Shown piece after piece: positions 29,843-38,735 of a stretch of 64,000 nucleotides of DNA. Location of the stretch: NCBI GenBank assembly GCA_011605725.1, contig JAAOZP010000011.1, forward strand, positions 96,001-160,000. Reading direction: 5' to 3'. This DNA comes from Nitrososphaerota archaeon. Its GTDB lineage: Archaea; Thermoproteota; EX4484-205; JAAOZP01. The notes beneath the pieces are model-generated. The model saw only the letters and a program-made list of their open reading frames with translations. It was not told where the DNA came from and made no database searches. Made by a program: the position numbers and the translations under genes. Position 1 is the stretch's first letter. Each line of letters begins with the position of its first letter.

Positions 29843-30933
29843 GGCTTTCAAGGATAGCATTAACAATCCTGGTTGTTATCGTTTTAACGAAACTCGTAGC
29901 AATTCCTGCTAAACCTCAGCTAAACTATCTGATTGGTCTCAACATGGAGGTGGAGATCATGGATAACGGGGTTGCAAGAGTAACTTTAAAACAGCACCCG
30001 TTCGACGCAGCCGGTAGAAGCCTGATCTCGAATAAAGAGGTTGTGGAAAGAATTATCAGCGATCAGGATTCGACTTTAAGCCTAATCCTGCTCTTTTTCA
30101 CGACAAACCCTTCTAAAACACTCTATCTGATTCACTCGCCGTCAAAGCTGGATCTTGATGAACAAGTTTTTTGCAACACAGGCATACCGGGAGTTATGGA
30201 AACACTTAATGGTGCAGTGACACTTGTCGTCGACATATTCTTGAACACTACGAGCAGTCTCATACCGCTCGGCGGGGACATTTACCAAGTTGTCGTCACA
30301 GACTACTTCACGTTAACGGATCCACGCAGCTGGATAGACGTTATGGACTTCAGGTTTAAAGGTGGGGTTAAGCTGCTTAATTTCACAGTAGACCCTACTT
30401 GGGCTAAGCCACCTTCAATTGCAAACACCACCAGGTTGCAATGGTTGAACATGAATGAGGCGGATGCTCCGGACAACTATGTTTTCACACTCAAGATACC
30501 GGGAGTCGTATTCTCCAGCACACCGATCCGACTTAAGGCGGAAGTTTCTGCAGCAAGGTTTTCCAGCGCAACCTCGTCTCTCCAAGTAAGCGTTAGAAAC
30601 ATTGGAGATAGGGAGGGAGTTTTCACTGTCGTTTTGACGGAGAAGGTGTTTGAACAAGCCAGGAAGGTAAGCGTTAAACCTGGTGAAGAAGCATCAGTAT
30701 TGTTTCCGGTGCATGCTGGAAACGGGGAGGACCTGGTGGTGAAGATTTTTGGAGGAGGAGAGCAGCTTGATGAGCATAGGCTAACCGTTAGTGTCGACGA
30801 GACTGTGAACAACCGGCTGTTAATGCTTAGCGCAGTAGGGCTGATCCTAATGGTTATTGGGAGCTTACTGATACTTTTTTACATCGACGAGAAGCTTATG
30901 AAGCACCATCCGCCTTCTGAAGAGAAGGCTTGA
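29839..30933 (+). CDS. Exported membrane-anchored protein with CARDB/Ig-like domain
   Basis: Signal peptide; VSVRNIG..VKPGEE..F pattern; C-terminal TM helix; ATGA overlap. Confidence 0.6.
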   Translation: MRLSRIALTILVVIVLTKLVAIPAKPQLNYLIGLNMEVEIMDNGVARVTLKQHPFDAAGRSLISNKEVVERIISDQDSTLSLILLFFTTNPSKTLYLIHSPSKLDLDEQVFCNTGIPGVMETLNGAVTLVVDIFLNTTSSLIPLGGDIYQVVVTDYFTLTDPRSWIDVMDFRFKGGVKLLNFTVDPTWAKPPSIANTTRLQWLNMNEADAPDNYVFTLKIPGVVFSSTPIRLKAEVSAARFSSATSSLQVSVRNIGDREGVFTVVLTEKVFEQARKVSVKPGEEASVLFPVHAGNGEDLVVKIFGGGEQLDEHRLTVSVDETVNNRLLMLSAVGLILMVIGSLLILFYIDEKLMKHHPPSEEKA

Positions 30934-31143
30934 CAGTAAGCCTGTTACAACGTGCTCGCAGCACTATTCAAACAAGGGTTAGCCCGAATTCCTCATGCAG
31001 GCACAATCCATATGTAAACGTGAAGCTGAAGCATTCCGCTTCAACCATTAGAAGCTTTTGCTGAAACCCGGATATGAACGGCAGAATAATCGCACGTTTG
31101 GAGTAAAAAATATAACTTTGCGAATGGTTAAAGCAGTTGAGAA

Positions 31144-32208
31144 ATGTGCTACGAGAGAGGCCTTGCCGCTGTAAAACTGGAGGAGACAGATCGAGTGGCT
31201 CAAGTAGAGTTCATCTCTCACACGGGTTTTATCAGGAAAGTCTCAGGAATAGACCCTTTGAAACAGCCTGATGAAGCCCTTAGAAAAACCTATGATGCTC
31301 TCGACTTAGACATGATTTGGGCAACCTGGGACCCGGTGCACCCATGGGACATTCTTGGAAGAAATGGAGAATCCTTCAAGACTAGAGCCGACTCTTGGTC
31401 AGAAGCATATCCTACGACTTGGAGAACAGTTTTCAACGTTGAAACAGTTGAAGATGTGCTTGATTTCAACCCGATGGAGGAGTGGAGAATACCAAGTAGG
31501 GAGGAACTTGTAACATTCTTCAGAAGAGAACATTCGGCGAAACAGGAGTTCTTCAGGAGTCAGTTGGTTCCAGGTGGGAAATACCAGACTTGTTTCATGT
31601 GGCTCATCATGACGTTCGGGTTGGAGTGGACGGTTAAAGCAGCATACCGCGACCCGAAAAGGTTTGAGAAACTCTTGGAAAGGTTCCACAGGATCTCGAG
31701 ACTCGAGTTTGAAGCATGGGCCGAGACAGGTATTAAGGTTTTCATAAGCCATGATGACATATGTTCCACGAGGGGACCATTCTTTCCGCCTGAGTGGCTA
31801 AGGAAACACGTTTTCCCACGTTACGAAGAGCTCTGGAGCATTTTAAAGTCGAGAGGGATAAGAGTCCTCTTCTGCTCAGACGGCGACGTGACGATGATAG
31901 TTGACGACATTGCTAGGGCAGGGGCGGATGGGTTCATACTGGAGGAATGCAGCGACCTAGGAAAAATAGTTGAGAAATACGGCTCCAACAAGGTTATAGT
32001 CGGAGGCGTTGACATAGGCGTGCTGACCTACGGGAGTGTTAGAGACGTGGTTGAAGAGGTAAAGAGGTGTTTGAGAATAGCCGGTAAGTACCCAGGCTAC
32101 TTCATAAACGTCTCCGGCTCAATTCCTGACAACGTTCCCATGGAGAACCTTAAGGCCTACTTCAAGGCCTGCAGAAAATACGGGAGAAGACCGGTTGAAT
32201 TAGGGTGA
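31144..32208 (+). CDS. Uroporphyrinogen decarboxylase/MtaA-family protein
   Basis: HDDI...GPFF.PEW, FCSDG, GGVD, GS..DV.EEV, IPDNVP.EN. Confidence 0.82.
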   Translation: MCYERGLAAVKLEETDRVAQVEFISHTGFIRKVSGIDPLKQPDEALRKTYDALDLDMIWATWDPVHPWDILGRNGESFKTRADSWSEAYPTTWRTVFNVETVEDVLDFNPMEEWRIPSREELVTFFRREHSAKQEFFRSQLVPGGKYQTCFMWLIMTFGLEWTVKAAYRDPKRFEKLLERFHRISRLEFEAWAETGIKVFISHDDICSTRGPFFPPEWLRKHVFPRYEELWSILKSRGIRVLFCSDGDVTMIVDDIARAGADGFILEECSDLGKIVEKYGSNKVIVGGVDIGVLTYGSVRDVVEEVKRCLRIAGKYPGYFINVSGSIPDNVPMENLKAYFKACRKYGRRPVELG

Positions 32209-32319
32209 GTTTCGATCGGTTGAATACAAGGGTTTCTTAAAGCTGCACTTTCACGAAGGTTCTAACATACGTGTGAAAGAGCAAGTCTTAATAATCAGGA
32301 GGGTTCTTTTCAAAATGGT

Positions 32320-32715
32320 TTGAGAGACGAGGCTTTAAGATGGTTAAAGGAGGGGGTTTGGGACCTGGAGACAGCGAAGATACTGCATAACGCGGGACGA
32401 TATAATGCAGCCGCTTACTATTCGCACCAGGCTGCTGAGAAGGCCGCTAAGGCCCTTCTCTACCTTGTTAACGAGGCTGCCTGGGGTCACAGCGTGAGAA
32501 TACTGTTGGAAAGGTTTGCGGAGAAGAAGATGCTGATGGTCAACGAGCTTCTCCAATACGCTAGGGAGCTAGACAGACATTACATACCTTCAAGATATCC
32601 TAATGCGCATCCTGCAGGAACACCTCATGAAGCATATGACGAGAAAACGTCTTTGAAAGCCGTCGAAGCCGCGGAACGTTTAATCAGCTTCGCGAAGAGA
32701 TTCATCGAAACGTGA
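32320..32715 (+). CDS. HEPN-domain protein
   Basis: HQAAEKAAKA, GHS, LDRHYIPSRYP. Confidence 0.9.
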   Translation: MRDEALRWLKEGVWDLETAKILHNAGRYNAAAYYSHQAAEKAAKALLYLVNEAAWGHSVRILLERFAEKKMLMVNELLQYARELDRHYIPSRYPNAHPAGTPHEAYDEKTSLKAVEAAERLISFAKRFIET

Positions 32716-32727
32716 GGATGCGTACTC

Positions 32728-33132
32728 TTGCACGGCGTTGAGGATGTTGTGAAAAAGCTGGCTTCAAGATACAGGCTTACAGCAGTAATACTCTTCGGCT
32801 CTCATGCCAGGGGAGACTGGGGGCCCTGGAGCGACTACGACCTGCTAATAATAGGTGATTTTGAGGAAAAATATGTTGATAGAATAGGCGAGATTCTGGA
32901 CCTCCTCTCAGACATAAGGATTCCTGTGGAACCGCACCCCTATACTCTTCAAGAGGCTTTGCAGATGCTGGGTGAGGGAAACCCGCTTATAGTTGACGCT
33001 ATTGAGGAAGGCAGAGTGCTTTACAGGAGCGAGGACTACGATAGGCTGCTCGAAGCCTTCCGGAGGCTCAGGGAAAAAGGCATGCGGAGAAGCAACACAT
33101 CTATAATTCTGCCTGAGACAGGGGACGCTTAG
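32728..33132 (+). CDS. Minimal nucleotidyltransferase (MNT), HEPN partner
   Basis: LFGSHARGD....SDYDLLI. Confidence 0.9.
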   Translation: MHGVEDVVKKLASRYRLTAVILFGSHARGDWGPWSDYDLLIIGDFEEKYVDRIGEILDLLSDIRIPVEPHPYTLQEALQMLGEGNPLIVDAIEEGRVLYRSEDYDRLLEAFRRLREKGMRRSNTSIILPETGDA

Positions 33133-33324
33133 CCGCTTCTAACGCGTGCTGGAAGTGCTTTCGAAGCAAACCGATTCCAGTATGCTAAGAAGCGCGCTAG
33201 GCAGCAATACGTGCTTGAAACATGTTTGAAAAACAGGTTAGCACGCGCATGAACACATGTTAGTAACATTTAGCATGGTCTCTCGCATGCATAATTAGTT
33301 TTTTTAAAAAAATAGGCTAAGGGG

Positions 33325-33552
33325 TTAGGCTGCTTCCAGGAGAGTTTCAGTGCTTCTAACTCCTTTCAAAGATAGTATTTTTAAAGCTGTTTTCTTCAAA
33401 CCCTTAACATCCTCAGCCTTGATGAAGATCACAACGTCGAATCTTCCGAATACTGGATAAGCATCCACAACACCCTTAATCTTCAAAGCTGCCTGACAGA
33501 TTTCCAGTGCAGCCGCGTAACCTGCTTTAACAAGCATAACTCCCCTAATCAT
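33325..33552 (-). CDS. Stand-alone Lrp/AsnC ligand-binding (RAM) domain
   Basis: 75 aa, KGV..AYPVFGRFDVV..GVRSTETL, no HTH. Confidence 0.85.
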   Translation of the reverse strand: MIRGVMLVKAGYAAALEICQAALKIKGVVDAYPVFGRFDVVIFIKAEDVKGLKKTALKILSLKGVRSTETLLEAA

Positions 33553-33556
33553 GACT

Positions 33557-33784
33557 CTACACCTCCAGCGCTATCAGCGTCTCTGTTGCAAGCACGCCCC
33601 TGATCCTGCTGATCCTCGACAAGAGTGACGCAAGCTCTTTGAAATCATTAACCTGCGCGTTCACAACAACATCAGTCCTCCCGAAAGTTGGGAAAACCGT
33701 TTTAACGCCCTTCATACCGTTTATTTTCATAGAAACATCCTTATGCTTCCCAGAACTAGTTTTAACCAGAATGCATGCTTTCAT
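33557..33784 (-). CDS. Stand-alone Lrp/AsnC ligand-binding (RAM) domain
   Basis: 75 aa, KGV..FPTFGRTDVV..GVLATETL, no HTH. Confidence 0.85.
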   Translation of the reverse strand: MKACILVKTSSGKHKDVSMKINGMKGVKTVFPTFGRTDVVVNAQVNDFKELASLLSRISRIRGVLATETLIALEV

Positions 33785-33917
33785 TTCTACGCTTGTTTTA
33801 GGCCGGAGGTTTTATATATTCTTTTTCCCCTTCAAAAATAACCCCTACCTCTCGACATGCTTATTCCCGGTTGCCTTGCAACGCACGCTTGATAGGGAGG
33901 TCTGAACGTAATTGACA

Positions 33918-34140
33918 CTATATGAGTCCGAGGGTTATCTTCTTCTCCATACCCGTCTTGTCGAAATGCTTATCTTGACTCGCTATCGCTTCAGCCCCCA
34001 GTTTCTTAGCTAGGTAATCTTTGTCACTATTATCGGAATCAAGATTTACGTAGCGCGCCATGTTGCTTCATACTTGGGTCCCAGAGAACCTTGAACATTT
34101 CTCAGGAAAGCCTAGAATCCTCCAGCTGAATCGCTTGACG
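33918..34140 (-). pseudogene. vapC: Decayed vapC paralog
   Basis: Fragments AFLRNVQGSLG and YLAKKLGAEAIASQDKHFD closely match VapC 2115..2510; internal deletions and a frameshift. Confidence 0.8.
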
Positions 34141-34221
34141 GGGGAGTGTCCGCCTAACGATTATTTGAAAAGCCGAACAGGACTTGAGAAAGCCGGAAAT
34201 AAGGGGTATTTAAGATGCTTT

Positions 34222-35556
34222 TTATACCCATCCCCTGGCCTTCATAGCTTCAACAACTCTTCTAACAGCAACAACATAGGCAGCCGTTCTAGGGTCAATA
34301 TTCTTATCCTTAAACTCCTTCAAGGCTTCAACAACCTCCCAGAAGGCTCTAGTCATCTTAGCGTCAAGCCTCCTGTAAACCTCCTCATAATCCCAATAAT
34401 ACCTTGAAAGATTCTGGACCCATTCGAAGTATGAGACAGTCACGCCACCAGCGTTAGCCAGGAAATCCGGGACTACGAAAATCCCCTTACTATGGAGAAT
34501 ATCATCGGCCTCAGGTGTCGTCGGACCGTTCGCGAGCTCCAGAACCAGTTTAGCCTTAATCCTGCTAGCATTTTTTCCAGTTATCTGGTTTTCAAGAGCA
34601 GCCGGGATCAGAATGTCAACCGGAAGCTCCAAAACCTCTTCGCTACTAATCTTCATGGAAGACTCATAATTGACAACACTCCCGGTTTCCGCCTTAACCC
34701 TGCTAACCCTGCTATAGGGTAGCCCGTCCTCGTTGAAAATTCCTCCCTTTGAATCGCTCACGGCAACAACCCTCACGTTTTTAAAAAGCCTCGTCGCCAG
34801 AAAATGCGCCAGCGAGCCAGCGTTACCATAGCCCTGAATCGCAACATTCACCACATCATCCCCGGGGGAAGCATCAGGAATATTCGAAAGCACGTGAGGA
34901 GGCATGTAAAGCCTGGACTCGTCAACCATAAGACCGAGCTCGAGAAACCTGGCAGCCTCCCTCAAGACAAACATGCCGCCTCTCGCAGTAGCATCCTCCC
35001 TACCCTTAGAACCCCCCGCGACAAGCAGCTTACCCGTAATAACCTCAGGCACATTATACCCAGTAATCACTGAAAACTCATCCATCATCCAAGTCATCAC
35101 CTGAGGATCAGTATAAACATCCGGAGCAGGAATATCCTTCAACGGACCCAGAAAGCCAGCTAGAGCCCTAACATAAGCCCTAGCAAGTCTTTCCTTCTCG
35201 CTTGCACTCAGCTTTTTCGGATCGCAGATAACTCCACCCTTCCCACCACCATAAGGTAAATTCAGAAGAGCACACTTCCAAGTCATCAAGGCAGCTAAGG
35301 CTTTAATTGCATCCAGGTTCTCATCGGGGTGCCATCTAATTCCACCCTTAGTTGGACCTAAAGCATCATTATACTGAACACGGAAACCCGTGAAGATCCT
35401 GACTGTTCCATCATCCATTTTGACAGGCATGTTTACTATGAGCGTTCTAATCGGTTCCTTGAGTAACGCGAGCGTCGCCCCGTCGAGCCCCAGAATCTTG
35501 GCGCATTTATCGATTTGTTTCTGAATATTCTTGAAAGTGCTGTACTTCCCAGTCAT
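34222..35556 (-). CDS. gdhA: Glutamate dehydrogenase
   Basis: GPTKGGIR, MTWK, GGGKGG, DIPAPD, QGYGNAG, ELANGP, PDFLANAGGV..SYFEW. Confidence 0.95.
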   Translation of the reverse strand: MTGKYSTFKNIQKQIDKCAKILGLDGATLALLKEPIRTLIVNMPVKMDDGTVRIFTGFRVQYNDALGPTKGGIRWHPDENLDAIKALAALMTWKCALLNLPYGGGKGGVICDPKKLSASEKERLARAYVRALAGFLGPLKDIPAPDVYTDPQVMTWMMDEFSVITGYNVPEVITGKLLVAGGSKGREDATARGGMFVLREAARFLELGLMVDESRLYMPPHVLSNIPDASPGDDVVNVAIQGYGNAGSLAHFLATRLFKNVRVVAVSDSKGGIFNEDGLPYSRVSRVKAETGSVVNYESSMKISSEEVLELPVDILIPAALENQITGKNASRIKAKLVLELANGPTTPEADDILHSKGIFVVPDFLANAGGVTVSYFEWVQNLSRYYWDYEEVYRRLDAKMTRAFWEVVEALKEFKDKNIDPRTAAYVVAVRRVVEAMKARGWV

Positions 35557-35631
35557 GTCTTCTTCAGCTTATTAAGCATCTTTTAAATCTATATTCGTCT
35601 TTTTATTATAGAGCGCGCTAAGGTAAAAATG

Positions 35632-35756
35632 TATCGGAAAATTTTTCCAATGTATTCTCGCCCAGCATCTAGGGGTAGCATCTTTTGATAATGCCTTAAG
35701 AATAATTAAAGCGAAAAAGATAAAAATAGGATATTTTTTTCCGATAAACTTATATA
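35632..35756. promoter_or_regulatory. Divergent gdhA/glutamate synthase promoter with two operator-like sites
   Basis: GGAA-N5-TTCC (35636-35648) and GGAT-N6-TTCC (35729-35742); TATCGGAAAA/TTTTCCGATA inverted pair; TATA ttatata 35750-35756. Confidence 0.55.
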
Positions 35757-35788
35757 GATCCAATTTCTCAAGACTGGGGTTCCGAGCG

Positions 35789-37201
35789 ATGAATACCGGT
35801 GTAAATAGGCTTAACTCCACATTCATGCGGTATCATATAGAAACTAGAGAGGCTCAATGGAGATTCAAGCTTCCTCCGAAGTTCAGGGTTAAGATATACA
35901 ATAACTGCGTAAACGTCCAGGAATGCGTTCAAGCCTGCGTCTACAATGTTCACAGGGTCGGGGAAGACGGGAGGGTCGCGGAGCCTGTCGAAGAATTATG
36001 CCGGGGGTGCCACCGGTGCACGCTCTCATGTCCGAAGGGGGCAATATGCGTAGAATTGAACCCTGCATTTGAGAGGCTTGGAGACTCGTACTTTACACCC
36101 GAGAGAATTGAGAACATTTTCTTTGAGGCTGAGACAGGCAGGGTTCCAGTTTCAGGAGCAGGGTACGGTGGGGCTTTCAGCGGAAGAGGGTTTGACAGCT
36201 TTTGGTTTGACTTCTCGGAGATAGTTAGGCCTACTAGAGATGGTATACATGGCAGGGAGTATATTTCGACCTCTGTAGACTTAGGTAGGAAGCCGCACAA
36301 CCTATTTTTCGACGACTCGGGCAACCTCGTTTCAAAGGTTCCGGAAAATATTGAGATTCCTATTCCAATCATTCTTGATGCCCCCCTATCCTCCTCTTCG
36401 AAAAGTAATCTTAATCTAGCTTTGGCAAAATCCGCCAGTATCCTCAATACTTTTGCAATAGTTAGTGCAGACGATTATTCGGATGATTTATCCGACTATG
36501 GTTCCAACCTAATTCTAAGGATTGGTCCAAATGAAGCGAGGAAAGTTGCTGGGCTGATTAAAACATCCCCGATCGTCGAGCTGGATTACGCGGATAATGC
36601 CCTGGATGAGAACAGAATTACAGATGATTTGAGGTTTGTGAGGAAGGTTAACCCCGCAGCATTGGTTTCAGCCAGATTCCTCGGTGAAGACAGCGTAACG
36701 GAAAAATCTGAGGCATCAGTTAAGGTTGGCGTCGACATGATACATCTCCATGTTGAAGACGAGACTGTGGTGCATGATCCTGATGTTGTGAAGAGAATTA
36801 TTCGGGGTACGCATACGCGTCTTGTCGAGAGAGGCATTAGAGACCAAGTTTCAATAGTTTTCAGCGGCGGGATCGCTGAGGCCGCGCATGTTCCAAAATC
36901 AATAATTCTCGGAGCCGATGCTGTTGCAATAGGCCTTGCCTACGAGATTGCATTAGGATGCAAGGTCTGCCACGGGAGCAAGCATGAAGCCGGTTGTCCA
37001 TTGAAAGTTGAAGAAGGCGATGTGGAGCTTGCTTCCCAAAGGATTGTAAACCTTGTTGGGTCTTGGAGAGACCAGTTGCTGGAGGTCTTAGGAGGGATGG
37101 GCTTGCGGGAAGTTAGAAGGTTGAGAGGCGAGCTTGGAAGGGCAATTTTCTTTGAGGAGCTTGAGATGAAAATATTTGGTGATGAAGATGATTCAGAGTA
37201 G
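35789..37201 (+). CDS. Glutamate synthase FMN-domain paralog with ferredoxin domain, degenerate
   Basis: CRGCHRCTLSCP, SEIVRPTRDG, IRDQVSIVFSGGI, LGADAV; lacks the QGAKPG motif; start may be ATG 35825. Confidence 0.8.
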   Translation: MNTGVNRLNSTFMRYHIETREAQWRFKLPPKFRVKIYNNCVNVQECVQACVYNVHRVGEDGRVAEPVEELCRGCHRCTLSCPKGAICVELNPAFERLGDSYFTPERIENIFFEAETGRVPVSGAGYGGAFSGRGFDSFWFDFSEIVRPTRDGIHGREYISTSVDLGRKPHNLFFDDSGNLVSKVPENIEIPIPIILDAPLSSSSKSNLNLALAKSASILNTFAIVSADDYSDDLSDYGSNLILRIGPNEARKVAGLIKTSPIVELDYADNALDENRITDDLRFVRKVNPAALVSARFLGEDSVTEKSEASVKVGVDMIHLHVEDETVVHDPDVVKRIIRGTHTRLVERGIRDQVSIVFSGGIAEAAHVPKSIILGADAVAIGLAYEIALGCKVCHGSKHEAGCPLKVEEGDVELASQRIVNLVGSWRDQLLEVLGGMGLREVRRLRGELGRAIFFEELEMKIFGDEDDSE

Positions 37202-38735
37202 GCTGGCTTTTAAAGTTCCGGAAGTAAAGCCTGCAGTCTCAAAGGAGCCCTTCAGGATAGGGAAGTTCGAGGTGCTCTTAGATAGGTCTAAATGCACAGC
37301 CTGCGGTCTCTGTGCTCAAGTGTGCCCCACATACATAGGGTCAGCGATCGTCGAATACGAGGCGTTCAAAAAACCCAGCGGTATCCTACGTGTAACGAAC
37401 GCGAGGGCGATGTGCGAGGGCTTAGTTTGTCGGAAGTGTGTAGAATCATGCCCTACAAAGGCTTTAACGGTTAGGATTAACCCTCAATACCTTATTCTTG
37501 GAGATAAGCGTTGGACGGCAGACCTGATTCTTTCGACATGGGAGCAAGCAGAATCCGGAAAGCCTTCCGGAAGATACGAGTATAGAGTGGGTGACTCGGG
37601 AGGGGGCTTCGACAAGATAAGATTCGATTTCGAGCTTGAGGAAGAAGTCAGTATTAATGAGATTTTTGAGGCAGAAGATCGCGATACTTCAATAGTCCTG
37701 AACCGGAGGAGGGATGGGAGGCCTGAGATAAGTATTCCTATCCCTGTTTACAGTGCAGACATGTCCTTCGGCTCAATAAGTCTGAGGGTTATGGTTGCGA
37801 GAGCAATTGCAGCCAAGGCTTGGAATACTTTCACGAGCACTGGTGAAGGAGGGTATCCTAATGAGCTTATACCATTTAAAGACCATGTGATAACGCAGGT
37901 TGCTACCGGCCACTTTGGCGTAAACGCCGAGACTGTTAAGAGGGCCAGGATCGTCTGCTTGAAGTATGCTCAGGGGGCTAAGCCAGGTTTAGGAGGGCAT
38001 CTTCTCGCTGACAAGGTTACTCCAAAGGTTGCGGAGATTAGGGAGGTCGTGCCTTACATAAGCCTTTTCTCTCCATTCCCATTCCACAACGTTTACTCTG
38101 TCGAGGACCACTACAGGCATGTCCAGCTGATCAAGGATATTAATCCCAAGGCACTGGTCTCCGTAAAGGTCTCCACCCCGATAGACGTTGACATGGTTGC
38201 CATAGGAAGCTACTATGCGGGAGCAAATATTCTTCAGGTAGATGGAGGCTTCGGTGGAACAGGGGCTGCTCCAGACATAGCAAAGAAGAATATTGCGATG
38301 CCTATTGAGTACGCTATTCCAATGGTTCATAACTATCTGGTCAGAGAAGGCGTTAGGGATGAGATGGTGATCATGGCGAGCGGCGGGATAAGGACAGCTT
38401 TCGACGTAGCTAAGATAATCGCTCTTGGGGCTGACGGGGCAGTAATTGGTACAAGCGAGCTCGTAGCTCTTGGGTGTAAGAGATGTGGGAACTGCGAGAG
38501 GGGAAGAGGATGCCCATCGGGAATAGCTACCACTGACCCTGCTTTAAGCCTCTTAATTGATCCGGAGTGGGGGGCTCAAAGGATAATCAACATGTATTGC
38601 TCTTGGAAGAAGCAGTGGAACTATATTCTTTCAAAGCTTGGCTTAAGCAGCATTAGGGAGCTCCGTCCAAAGAATGAGGTGAAGTTCAGAAAAGGTCGTT
38701 TCAACCACCTTGTTCACCTAGACCACTTAAGGTGA
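37176..38735 (+). CDS. Glutamate synthase FMN-binding subunit (GltB2-like) with ferredoxin domain
   Basis: MSFGSIS, TGEGG, QVATGHFG, KYAQGAKPGLGGHL, DGGFGGTGAA, CKRCGNC..CP.GIAT. Confidence 0.92.
   Translation: MVMKMIQSRLAFKVPEVKPAVSKEPFRIGKFEVLLDRSKCTACGLCAQVCPTYIGSAIVEYEAFKKPSGILRVTNARAMCEGLVCRKCVESCPTKALTVRINPQYLILGDKRWTADLILSTWEQAESGKPSGRYEYRVGDSGGGFDKIRFDFELEEEVSINEIFEAEDRDTSIVLNRRRDGRPEISIPIPVYSADMSFGSISLRVMVARAIAAKAWNTFTSTGEGGYPNELIPFKDHVITQVATGHFGVNAETVKRARIVCLKYAQGAKPGLGGHLLADKVTPKVAEIREVVPYISLFSPFPFHNVYSVEDHYRHVQLIKDINPKALVSVKVSTPIDVDMVAIGSYYAGANILQVDGGFGGTGAAPDIAKKNIAMPIEYAIPMVHNYLVREGVRDEMVIMASGGIRTAFDVAKIIALGADGAVIGTSELVALGCKRCGNCERGRGCPSGIATTDPALSLLIDPEWGAQRIINMYCSWKKQWNYILSKLGLSSIRELRPKNEVKFRKGRFNHLVHLDHLR

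Noticed and set aside
34060-34407. 115-aa + strand ORF
   Set aside because: Overlaps the gdhA 3' end and the vapC remnant on the opposite strand; no recognisable features
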